64,000 bases of DNA from contig OZ242008.1 in assembly GCA_965204735.1 (NCBI GenBank), positions 2,784,001 to 2,848,000 on the forward strand, in the 5' to 3' direction. Under the pieces are notes generated by a model. The model saw only the letters and a list, made by a program, of their open reading frames with translations, did not search any database and was not told the DNA's origin. The number at the start of each line of letters is the position of its first letter. Position 1 is the first letter of the stretch. Source of the stretch: Longimicrobiales bacterium (lineage in GTDB: Bacteria > Gemmatimonadota > Gemmatimonadetes > Longimicrobiales > Gaopeijiaceae). Positions 36,435 through 44,966 of the stretch are shown here, one piece after another. Both the position numbers and the translations under genes were made by a program.

Positions 36435-39221
36435 GTGAGCGATCAGCTCTTCCACGAGGTCCTGGAAGCCACGGGCTACCTGATCGGCGGCCGACCGGCG
36501 CCCGGCGTGACCCTCGGCGAGGAGGCGACCGCCAATGGGCGTTTCCGCAGCTTCAAGCCGAATGGCAAGTGGCGGGGCGAATCGGCGCTCACGGTCTACT
36601 TCAAGCTGGAGCCCGAGCCGCCTTCCGAGGAGCGCATCGCGACGTGGCGTCGGGAGATATGGAACGAAGGACAGTCGCCCCTGCTTTGGGTGATCTCGCA
36701 GAACAAGATCAACCTCTACAACGGCTTTGCCCGGCCGCGGGACGCCGGAGACGCCAAGGCCAGTCGCCTGCGGACCTTCGCCAAGCTCGCCGGGAAACTT
36801 GAAGAACTCGACCTTGCCGGCAGATTCGCGATGGAGACGGGTCGCTTCTGGGAACACGATGCAGCCAAGAGGGTGCATCGACGAACCAGCGTCAGTCGGC
36901 AGTTGTCGTCGGACTTGGCCAGCCTCGAACGGGACCTGCTCCAAGGCGGCATGGTGCGACTTGACGCCCAAGGGCTGATCGGTCGCTCCATCTTTGTCCA
37001 GTACCTCGTCGACAGAGAGATTGCGACCCCCGAGTTCCTGAACGAGCTTTGCGGTAGGAACGCCCTGTCGGACGTGCTGCGCGACGAGCGGAGCGCCAGG
37101 CGGCTCTTCGACTGGCTCCACAACGTCTTCGATGGCGACATGTTTCCTATCAACGGCCGCCCCGACCGCCCTGAGCATCTGCGTCGCGTGGCCGACTTCC
37201 TGGACGCCGTGGACCCTCGCACAGGCCAGAGGACGCTCTTCCCCTATCAGTTCGACATCATTCCGGTCGAGCTCATCAGCTCCATCTTCGAGCAGTTCGT
37301 TCAGGCCGACCCGACCATTCGGGGCAGCGCCGGCGGGACGAACGCGCACTGCACCAGGTTGTCGCTGGTGTCGCTCGTGCTGGACGAAGTCATGGTGGAG
37401 TGCGTCGGCCACGAGACGGTGCTGGACTTGACGTGCGGCTCCGGCGTCTTTCTCGTCAAAGCGTTCCGGCGGCTGGTGACGCTTCGTGCCGGTGGGAAGC
37501 CTCCAAGTGGCCTAATGATAAGGTACGTGTTGCACGAGCAGGTTTTCGGGCTGGACATCAGCGAGGCCGCGATTAGGGTCGCAGCATTCAGCCTCTACTT
37601 GGCCGCCTTGGACCTCGATCCCAACCCGCAACCCCCCCATGCGCTGGCGTTTTGGCCCCTCATCGGCAAGACGCTGTTCGTGGGCGACGTTTGGACGGAC
37701 CAACACAAGTTGGCCGCCGCTAACCGGGGCGGGAAGTTCGACCTGATCGTGGGCAACCCTCTGTGGAGATCCATGCCGCCCTCGCGGGACGATGATGCAT
37801 CCGGCCCTCGAGGCACCAGCCTGAGATTCGTCAATAAGGCCATGAAGTACGGCTCCGACGACACCCGCCTGGGCCTGGTGCTAGGCGTACATCACTTCTT
37901 CGGACGAGCCGAGACGGCGCAGCGCGCCCTGCAGCAGATCATCGAGAAGCTGGCGCCGCTGACGCTGGTCAACCTGTCGAACCTTTCCGCATGGCTCTTC
38001 CCAAAGGCCAACATGCCCGCGATGATTCTCTTTGCCGGACACCGTAGCGATGTACCGCCCGTGATCAAGGCAGTTCAAGCACCTTGGTCGCCGGCCGGAG
38101 CAAAGAGCCACACCTTCGATCTCGCTCCCAGCGACGTCACCACGCTCCCAATCTGGGACTGGAAGCGGGACCCGCGCTTCCTCAAGGGCGCGGTCGTCGG
38201 TACCCACCGGGACCTGACCCTGGTCGACGACCTGTGGAGGGCACACGGCGAGCTGAAGGACGAACTCCAGAAGATTGGCACGAGATTCCACACAGGACTG
38301 ACGTTCCCACGCGACAAGCACATCTTTTGCGCACCTGTGTTGATCATGAGGGAGATGCTTCTGAGGCAGTACATGCCTCGCATGGTTGTAGCCGTTGCCG
38401 AGGAAGACACAGTGTATTCCAACGCCTACTTCGGCGTCGCATTTCCTCCACAGCACGAGGATGTTGCGCATCTTCTCGCTGGCATACTGAGTTCGTCGTT
38501 GGCCACTTGGTTCCTGCTCATGACGGGATCGACCCTGGGACTGGCCAATCGCCGAGTCATGTCCGCCGATGTCGCCCAGGTGCCAGTGCCCGATCTGGCG
38601 GAGGCCGCGTCCTCGGAAGTTGGCCGGTGCATCGTCGACCGGGCTCGAGAGCTGGGCGGACAGGCCGTGACCAAGGACGAGTGGCGGGCCCTCGACGAGG
38701 AGGTGTTCGAACTCTACAAGCTGCGTCCTTCGGAGCGTATTGTGGTGCGGGACGGCATGTTTCGGGCGACATGGCAGTGGGAGGCTGGCCGGGACGCATC
38801 GGTGGCGCAGGCGTCGATCAAGGACGTGGTGTGCTATGCGAAGGCGTTCGGGTCCGCCATCGACGTCTGGCTTCGAGAGAGGAACCGTCATCGAATGCGT
38901 GCGGAGGTGTTCGACCTGCCGCTTCGCGAACCGTTGCGGGTGGTGCGCTTTGTCGTGGAAGACCAGCCTGGACCATCGGTTGTCGAAGTCGTAAGTCCCG
39001 ATGGGAGCCTGAGGCAGCTGCTGGACCGGATCGGTGAACGTTTGGAGTCCTCGTTGACCAACTATCTCGTGGGTCAGCGTGAAGTTCGGGCTTACGAGTC
39101 GGGGGAAGTGGTGGTCGTGAAGCCCGCCGCCCGGAGACACTGGATGGGGGTGTGCGCCCTCGGGGACGCCGACGAAGTAATCTCCGTCAGCCTGCGAGTT
39201 CCGAAAACTCGTGAGCAGTGA
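36435..39221 (+). CDS. Gamma-class N6-adenine DNA methyltransferase-like protein (Type IIG/Type I HsdM-like), catalytic motif degenerate
   Basis: 928 aa; FDIIPVELISSIFEQF, VLDLTCGSGVFL (motif I), GLDISEAAIRVAAFSLYL, FDLIVGNPLW (motif IV is normally NPP[YFW]). Confidence 0.8.
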   Translation: MSDQLFHEVLEATGYLIGGRPAPGVTLGEEATANGRFRSFKPNGKWRGESALTVYFKLEPEPPSEERIATWRREIWNEGQSPLLWVISQNKINLYNGFARPRDAGDAKASRLRTFAKLAGKLEELDLAGRFAMETGRFWEHDAAKRVHRRTSVSRQLSSDLASLERDLLQGGMVRLDAQGLIGRSIFVQYLVDREIATPEFLNELCGRNALSDVLRDERSARRLFDWLHNVFDGDMFPINGRPDRPEHLRRVADFLDAVDPRTGQRTLFPYQFDIIPVELISSIFEQFVQADPTIRGSAGGTNAHCTRLSLVSLVLDEVMVECVGHETVLDLTCGSGVFLVKAFRRLVTLRAGGKPPSGLMIRYVLHEQVFGLDISEAAIRVAAFSLYLAALDLDPNPQPPHALAFWPLIGKTLFVGDVWTDQHKLAAANRGGKFDLIVGNPLWRSMPPSRDDDASGPRGTSLRFVNKAMKYGSDDTRLGLVLGVHHFFGRAETAQRALQQIIEKLAPLTLVNLSNLSAWLFPKANMPAMILFAGHRSDVPPVIKAVQAPWSPAGAKSHTFDLAPSDVTTLPIWDWKRDPRFLKGAVVGTHRDLTLVDDLWRAHGELKDELQKIGTRFHTGLTFPRDKHIFCAPVLIMREMLLRQYMPRMVVAVAEEDTVYSNAYFGVAFPPQHEDVAHLLAGILSSSLATWFLLMTGSTLGLANRRVMSADVAQVPVPDLAEAASSEVGRCIVDRARELGGQAVTKDEWRALDEEVFELYKLRPSERIVVRDGMFRATWQWEAGRDASVAQASIKDVVCYAKAFGSAIDVWLRERNRHRMRAEVFDLPLREPLRVVRFVVEDQPGPSVVEVVSPDGSLRQLLDRIGERLESSLTNYLVGQREVRAYESGEVVVVKPAARRHWMGVCALGDADEVISVSLRVPKTREQ

Positions 39222-39437
39222 TGGTACCAGACCGGGAATTCGCCGAGTCTGCGCACGCCCCCGTAGTGCTCGGCACCGAAAATGTTCGAAGCATCCTCCG
39301 CGTTGTGAAGGGCGGTTGGGTGGTCGCGACGAAGTTTGCGGACGTGACCGCGGGTGCATACGAGACGGTGCTGACGGAGCGACTCCGAGACGGAATGCGG
39401 CTGGTCGTGGACCGAGGGAGAGCTGCCCCGGCTCCCC
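39218..39437 (+). pseudogene. 5' fragment of a gene coupled to the MTase, apparently cut by the convergent ATPase gene
   Basis: GTGATG overlaps the MTase stop. The first ~65 codons are protein-like (…YETVLTERLRDGMRLVVDRG); after that the frame is just antisense of the ATPase. Confidence 0.45.
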
Positions 39438-40742
39438 TCACCCCGTCTCCCACAGCGCCCGCATCGGGACGGCGCGAAGACCCTCCCCGAAGGACACGCC
39501 CAACTCGCCGTCGTACAGCACGACGCCGCCGGCGAAGCGGGAGCCCAGCGCCGCCCGAAGCTTGCGCAGCCCACGGAAGTCGGCGCGGTTCACGGTCGCG
39601 GCGGCCTTCACTTCGACGCCCGCCACCGCACGCCCGCGCTCGACCACGATGTCCACTTCGGCGCCGTCCTTGTCACGGTAGTGGTGGAACGAGTGGGGTT
39701 CGGGATGACCGCTGGCCATTCGCCGAAGTTCCTGGCAGACGAAGGTCTCGAGGAGCTGCCCCAGCAGCGGGCGCTCGGCGGCAAGGTGGGCGGCATCCGT
39801 GCCAAGCAGCGTGCACGCCAGCCCGGTGTCGCCCAGGTGGAGCTTCGGCGTCTTGACGAGCCGCTTGAGCCTGCTTCCGTGCCAGGGCTGAATCCGGTTC
39901 AGCAGGAATACTCGCTCCAGCAACGTCACGTACTCGCCTATCGTCGCCCTGCCGACGCCGAAGGTGGACGCCAGCTTGGTCGCGTTGAAGAGCTGGGCGG
40001 TGGCGGATGCGGCCACGGACAGCAGCTTCGGCAAGGCGTCCAGGTGGCGGATGCGGGCCAGGTCCCGCACGTCTCGCGCCACGATGGTCTCCACGTAGCT
40101 CCGGTACCATTCGGTGCGCCAGCGGCCCTTGGGGCGCACGAGAGCGGCCGGATACCCGCCGGCGACGATCCGCTCCGCAAGCTCGGCGCCCAGCCTCTCG
40201 GCGACCTGGAAGTCGGGTCCGCCGCCGAAGATGGCGTCGAGGAACCCCACGTTGGGCTGGGTCGGCCCGCTCCGGACGGCTCGGCCTGGAGACGCCGACG
40301 GCCCCGGCTCCGGTCGCCCCAGCTCCGCCTGCGACAGCGGGTGCAGCCGAAGGACATGCATCCGTCCTGCCAGCGAGTCCGAGAGCCTCGGGACCAGCAG
40401 GACGTTGGACGAGCCCGTGAGGATGAAGCGGCCCGGGGTCCGCCGGCGGTCGATTGCAACCTTCAGCGCCGCGAAAAGCCCGGGCACGCGCTGCACTTCG
40501 TCCAGCACGACCCGCTCCGGCAGGTCGGACAGAAAGCCAGCGGGGTCGGCCTCCGCCGTCAGGCGCGCCACGTCGTCGTCAAAGCTCACGTAGGAGTAGC
40601 CCAAGGGACCGCCGACGGACCGTGCCAGGGTCGTCTTGCCGCACTGGCGGGGGCCGTGGACCAGCACAGCGGGCGAGTAGGCCAGCGCGTCGGCGAGCGG
40701 CTGGGCGGCGTGGCGTGGGTAGAGGTCGGTGTGGGGGGTCAT
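39438..40742 (-). CDS. AAA_14 ATPase with DUF4143 and C-terminal PD-(D/E)XK-like domain
   Basis: GPRQCGKTT, VLDEVQR, FILTGSS, GGYP, KTPKLHLGDTGL, YRDKDGAEVDIVVE...VEVK. Start MTPHTDLYPR at 40742. Confidence 0.9.
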   Translation of the reverse strand: MTPHTDLYPRHAAQPLADALAYSPAVLVHGPRQCGKTTLARSVGGPLGYSYVSFDDDVARLTAEADPAGFLSDLPERVVLDEVQRVPGLFAALKVAIDRRRTPGRFILTGSSNVLLVPRLSDSLAGRMHVLRLHPLSQAELGRPEPGPSASPGRAVRSGPTQPNVGFLDAIFGGGPDFQVAERLGAELAERIVAGGYPAALVRPKGRWRTEWYRSYVETIVARDVRDLARIRHLDALPKLLSVAASATAQLFNATKLASTFGVGRATIGEYVTLLERVFLLNRIQPWHGSRLKRLVKTPKLHLGDTGLACTLLGTDAAHLAAERPLLGQLLETFVCQELRRMASGHPEPHSFHHYRDKDGAEVDIVVERGRAVAGVEVKAAATVNRADFRGLRKLRAALGSRFAGGVVLYDGELGVSFGEGLRAVPMRALWETG

Positions 40743-40795
40743 CGGCTGATCGGCCTGAACCTTGGACACGAGGGGTTCGGGTTGTCCCCGGCGGA

Positions 40796-40910
40796 ACTTC
40801 GGCTGATCGTAAGGTAATACTTCGGCTAATCGTCTGTTTTGGGACGAACTGGTCACGTGGCGGTCGTGTTTGTGGCTTTATGTAGTTGTCTTTGGGAATC
40901 GGCCAATCGT
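40796..40910. promoter_or_regulatory. Operator-like direct repeats upstream of the ATPase
   Basis: ACTTCGGCTGATCGT (40796-40810), ACTTCGGCTAATCGT (40819-40833) and ATCGGCCAATCGT (~40898-40910); the core also occurs at 40743-40752. Confidence 0.45.
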
Positions 40911-41029
40911 CAGTCGTATATGCGTCGATTCGTCCTGTTTCCGATCGGCCGGGGGACCCAGCCGCTCGACGGCGACCCGCGGTCCGGGCAGCCGCCGACA
41001 GCGGAGAGAGCTTATTACTATTAGCTGGG

Positions 41030-41821
41030 TTAGCTCGCGAGCCGGGCGATCAACTCCGCGACCGTGTCGCATTCGATGATGGCATCCGCCGCCGCGTCCA
41101 GCTCGTCGCGTCCGTCCAGGCCGCCGATCACGCCCGACAACTGCACGACCGCGTCCGCACCGAACTTCTGGGCCACTTGGCGCTCCAAGACAGTCCTGGA
41201 TCCCTCCCGGTGGCCTTCCCGGTGACCTTCCCGGCGGCCCTCGTCCCGCAGCCTTGCCTTCTCTTCTTCGATCTGCGTGTACATGTCTCTTGCCTCCGTC
41301 AAGTTGGTGATCTTCGACAGCTCCTCTTCCGAACAGCCCCAACTCCGCGCCGCGCCCACCGCCCACAGCACGAACGCCTGCGCGATCCCAGCGTGCTCGG
41401 GACCCGGGTACGCCTCCAACACCTCGTCCAGCACGGCCCGGACCTTCTCCGTGCCACCGTCCCGCTCAAGCTCCCTCAACCAAGTCAGGATGCGCCGCTT
41501 CCGCAAGTTTCGCCTGGGCGGCGCGCGCATGTCAAGCACATGATAGGGCAGCCGGGGCGAGAGGTCGCGCAGTTGGGGCAGCGTGGGCGAGATCAAGTCG
41601 GCGATGTCGAGGCGGGCGTCCCACGGGTGGGGGCCGTTGTGGACCACGCAGGCGACGACGGGCGGCAGCCGGTAGTCGGCGTCGGACGGCTTCTCGCGGA
41701 TCAGGTTCTCGTAGACGTCGGTCACGTAGCGGAGGACGCGGGCGGGCATGGAGGGCGAGTTCGTCGTCCCAGTCGCGTGCGAGTAGGCGGCGTGGCGTGG
41801 GTAGAGGTCGGCGTGGGTCAT
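41030..41821 (-). CDS. Truncated Rpn copy D: ATPase-like 5' leader fused in frame to the Rpn C-terminal two-thirds, no catalytic motif
   Basis: MTHADLYPRHAAY (cf. ATPase MTPHTDLYPRHAAQ), then MPARVLRY...LIARLAS; lacks QADML and LEFQS. Confidence 0.65.
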   Translation of the reverse strand: MTHADLYPRHAAYSHATGTTNSPSMPARVLRYVTDVYENLIREKPSDADYRLPPVVACVVHNGPHPWDARLDIADLISPTLPQLRDLSPRLPYHVLDMRAPPRRNLRKRRILTWLRELERDGGTEKVRAVLDEVLEAYPGPEHAGIAQAFVLWAVGAARSWGCSEEELSKITNLTEARDMYTQIEEEKARLRDEGRREGHREGHREGSRTVLERQVAQKFGADAVVQLSGVIGGLDGRDELDAAADAIIECDTVAELIARLAS

Positions 41822-41897
41822 CGGCTGCTCGACTCGACCCTGGACGCGACCCGCAAGCCCGGGGCCGTCCCTGACAGCGGGAGAGATCTTGGCTGGG

Positions 41898-42605
41898 CTA
41901 GCTCGCGAGCCGGGCGATCAACTCCGCGACCGTGTCGCATTCGATGATGGCATCCGCCGCCGCGTCCAGCTCGTCGCGTCCGTCCAGGCCGCCGATCACG
42001 CCCGACAACTGCACGACCGCGTCCGCACCGAACTTCTGGGCCACTAGGCGCTCCAAGACAGTCCTGGATCCCTCCCGGCGGCCCTCCCGGTGACCCTCGT
42101 CCCGCAGCCTTGCCTTCTCTTCTTCGATCTGCGTGTACATGTCTCTTGCCTCCGTCAAGTTGGTGATCTTCGACAGCTCCTCTTCCGAACGGCCCCAACT
42201 CCGCGCCGCGCCCACCGCCCACAGCACGAACGCCTGCGCGATCCCAGCGTGCTCGGGACCCGGGTACGCCTCCAACACCTCGTCCAGCACGGCCCGGACC
42301 TTCTCCGTGCCACCGTCCCGCTCAAGCTCCCTCAACCAAGTCAGGATGCGCCGCTTCCGCAAGTTTCGCCTGGGCGGCGCGCGCATGTCAAGCACATGGT
42401 AAGGCAGCCGGGGCGAGAGGTCGCGCAGCTGGGGCAGCGTGGGCGAGATCAAGTCGGCGATGTCGAGGCGGGCGTCCCACGGGTGGGGGCCGTTGTGGAC
42501 CACGCAGGCGACGACGGGCGGCAGCCGGTAGTCGGCGTCGGACGGCTTCTCGCGGATCAGGTTCTCGTAGACGTCGGTCACGTAGCGGAGGACACGGACG
42601 GGCAT
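41898..42605 (-). pseudogene. Truncated Rpn copy C (235-aa ORF, catalytic E-x-Q deleted)
   Basis: 81-bp deletion between two CATGC microhomologies; one fewer 12-bp REG(H/R) unit than the other copies. Confidence 0.7.
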
Positions 42606-42815
42606 GTCGGCCTGTCGGCGATCGAGCTGGGGGCCGACATGCTCGGGGTTGAGCTTGCGCGCCGACTCCAGGGCGAGTTCGTGGTCCCAGTCGCATGCGA
42701 GTAGGCGGCGTGGCGTGGGTAGAGGTCGGCGTGGGTCATCGGCTGCTCGGCTCGACCCTGGACGCGACCCGCAAGCCCGGGGCCGTCCCCGACAGCGGGA
42801 GAGATCTTGGCTGGG

Positions 42816-43535
42816 CTAGCTCGCGAGCCGGGCGATCAACTCCGCGACCGTGTCGCATTCGATGATGGCATCCGCCGCCGCGTCCAGCTCGTCGCGTCCG
42901 TCCAGGCCGCCGATCACGCCCGACAACTGCACGACCGCGTCCGCACCGAACTTCTGGGCCACTAGGCGCTCCAAGACAGTCCTGGATCCCTCCCGGTGGC
43001 CTTCCCGGTGACCTTCCCGGCGGCCCTCGTCCCGCAGCCTTGCCTTCTCTTCTTCGATCTGCGTGTACATGTCTCTTGCCTCCGTCAAGTTGGTGATCTT
43101 CGACAGCTCCTCTTCCGAACGGCCCCAACTCCGCGCCGCGCCCACCGCCCACAGCACGAACGCCTGCGCGATCCCAGCGTGCTCGGGACCCGGGTACGCC
43201 TCCAACACCTCGTCCAGCACGGCCCGGACCTTCTCCGTGCCACCGTCCCGCTCAAGCTCCCTCAACCAAGTCAGGATGCGCCGCTTCCGCAAGTTTCGCC
43301 TGGGCGGCGCGCGCATGTCAAGCACATGGTAAGGCAGCCGGGGCGAGAGGTCGCGCAGCTGGGGCAGCGTGGGCGAGATCAAGTCGGCGATGTCGAGGCG
43401 GGCGTCCCACGGGTGGGGGCCGTTGTGGACCACGCAGGCGACGACGGGCGGCAGCCGGTAGTCGGCGTCGGACGGCTTCTCGCGGATCAGGTTCTCGTAG
43501 ACGTCGGTCACGTAGCGGAGGACACGGGCGGGCAT
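42816..43535 (-). pseudogene. Truncated Rpn copy B (239-aa ORF, catalytic E-x-Q deleted)
   Basis: Same 81-bp deletion as copy C; the translated ORF matches the C-terminal 239 aa of the intact gene. Confidence 0.7.
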
Positions 43536-43745
43536 GTCGGCCTGTCGGCGATCGAGCTGGGGGCCGACATGCTCGGGGTTGAGCTTGCGCGCCGACTCCA
43601 GGGCGAGTTCGTGGTCCCAGTCGCATGCGAGTAGGCGGCGTGGCGTGGGTAGAGGTCGGCGTGGGTCATCGGCTGCTCGGCTCGACCCTGGACGCGACCC
43701 GCAAGCCCGGGGCCGTCCCCGACAGCGGGAGAGATCTTGGCTGGG

Positions 43746-44000
43746 CTAGCTCGCGAGCCGGGCGATCAACTCCGCGACCGTGTCGCATTCGATGATGGCA
43801 TCCGCCGCCGCGTCCAGCTCGTCGCGTCCGTCCAGGCCGCCGATCACGCCCGACAACTGCACGACCGCGTCCGCACCGAACTTCTGGGCCACTAGGCGCT
43901 CCAAGACAGTCCTGGATCCCTCCCGGTGGCCTTCCCGGTGACCTTCCCGGCGGCCCTCGTCCCGCAGCCTTGCCTTCTCTTCTTCGATCTGCGTGTACAT
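43746..44000 (-). CDS. Putative internally initiated small Rpn C-terminal protein (RpnS-like, 84 aa); also 42816-43070, 41898-42140 and 41030-41284
   Basis: In-frame GGAGG-CAAGAGAC-ATG (MYTQIEEEKARLRDEG...) is present in all four copies. Confidence 0.6.
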   Translation of the reverse strand: MYTQIEEEKARLRDEGRREGHREGHREGSRTVLERLVAQKFGADAVVQLSGVIGGLDGRDELDAAADAIIECDTVAELIARLAS

Positions 44001-44753
44001 GTCTCTTGCCTCCGTCAAGTTGGTGATCTTCGACAGCTCCTCTTCCGAACGGCCCCAACTCCGCGCCGCGCCCACCGCCCACAGCACGAACGCCTGCGCG
44101 ATCCCAGCGTGCTCGGGACCCGGGTACGCCTCCAACACCTCGTCCAGCACGGCCCGGACCTTCTCCGTGCCACCGTCCCGCTCAAGCTCCCTCAACCAAG
44201 TCAGGATGCGCCGCTTCCGCAAGTTTCGCCTGGGCGGCGCGCGCATGTCAAGCACATGGTAAGGCAGCCGGGGCGAGAGGTCGCGCAGCTGGGGCAGCGT
44301 GGGCGAGATCAAGTCGGCGATGTCGAGGCGGGCGTCCCACGGGTGGGGGCCGTTGTGGACCACGCAGGCGACGACGGGCGGCAGCCGGTAGTCGGCGTCG
44401 GACGGCTTCTCGCGGATCAGGTTCTCGTAGACGTCGGTCACGTAGCGGAGGACACGGGCGGGCATGGAGCGGTCGACCCGGGACTGGAACTCGAGGAGCA
44501 GGACCAAGAATCCGGGCCGGTGTCGGAAGTCGACGCGCCAGAGCATGTCGGCCTGTCGGCGATCGAGCTGGGGGCCGACGTGCTCGGGGTTGAGCTTGCG
44601 CGCCGACTCCAGGGCGAGTTCGTCGTCCCAGTCGCATGCGAGGTAGTCTTCAAAGAGTTCGACGATGGTGGGGGCATGGGAGAAGAAGAACTTGTAGACC
44701 TCGTCGTGCTTGCGACGGGGGAGGCAGAGCAGGTCAACGTGGGAGTCGGGCAA
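43746..44753 (-). CDS. rpn: Rpn family recombination-promoting nuclease (YhgA/Transposase_31-like, PD-(D/E)XK fold), full length
   Basis: KHDEVYKFFFSH, RRQADMLWRV, LLLEFQSRVDRSMPARVLRY, LPPVVACVVHNGPHPW, REGHREG repeats. AGGAGG lies 7 nt before TTG 44753. Confidence 0.9.
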   Translation of the reverse strand: MPDSHVDLLCLPRRKHDEVYKFFFSHAPTIVELFEDYLACDWDDELALESARKLNPEHVGPQLDRRQADMLWRVDFRHRPGFLVLLLEFQSRVDRSMPARVLRYVTDVYENLIREKPSDADYRLPPVVACVVHNGPHPWDARLDIADLISPTLPQLRDLSPRLPYHVLDMRAPPRRNLRKRRILTWLRELERDGGTEKVRAVLDEVLEAYPGPEHAGIAQAFVLWAVGAARSWGRSEEELSKITNLTEARDMYTQIEEEKARLRDEGRREGHREGHREGSRTVLERLVAQKFGADAVVQLSGVIGGLDGRDELDAAADAIIECDTVAELIARLAS

Positions 44754-44906
44754 CGGGAGGCCTCCTGTAGGGCGCGGTGGGGTTGCGGAGGCCCTTGGGG
44801 GGCGCTCCGAGCCCGGGGGAATGGCCGGGCCGGAAGAAGTATGCATCCGGAGAATGGGCGTTTGGATAGCTGGATCGGCCTTTCTTCGCGAACCGATAAG
44901 CCATAT

Positions 44907-44928
44907 CATTGAGTGATTTTACTCAATG
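44907..44928. promoter_or_regulatory. Inverted repeat CATTGAGT-N6-ACTCAATG, putative operator
   Basis: Perfect 8-bp arms in an AT-rich patch between the divergent rpn and ATPase genes, ~40 bp before ATG 44967. Confidence 0.55.
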
Positions 44929-44966
44929 GACTTCCCTTGCAACCGAATCTCCACTACCTTCCTGCC

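Larger units (their letters stand above)
41030..44640 (-). repeat. Four-copy tandem amplification of the rpn 3' region (periods 930, 918, 868 bp)
   Basis: Stops at 43746, 42816, 41898 and 41030. Bodies are nearly identical, with copy-specific SNPs, deletions and a 12-bp repeat-number difference. Confidence 0.95.

Noticed and set aside
41030..44753. rpn copies as IS elements
   Set aside because: No terminal inverted repeats or target duplications seen. The copies are head-to-tail with microhomology junctions, and Rpn/YhgA proteins are not demonstrated transposases.
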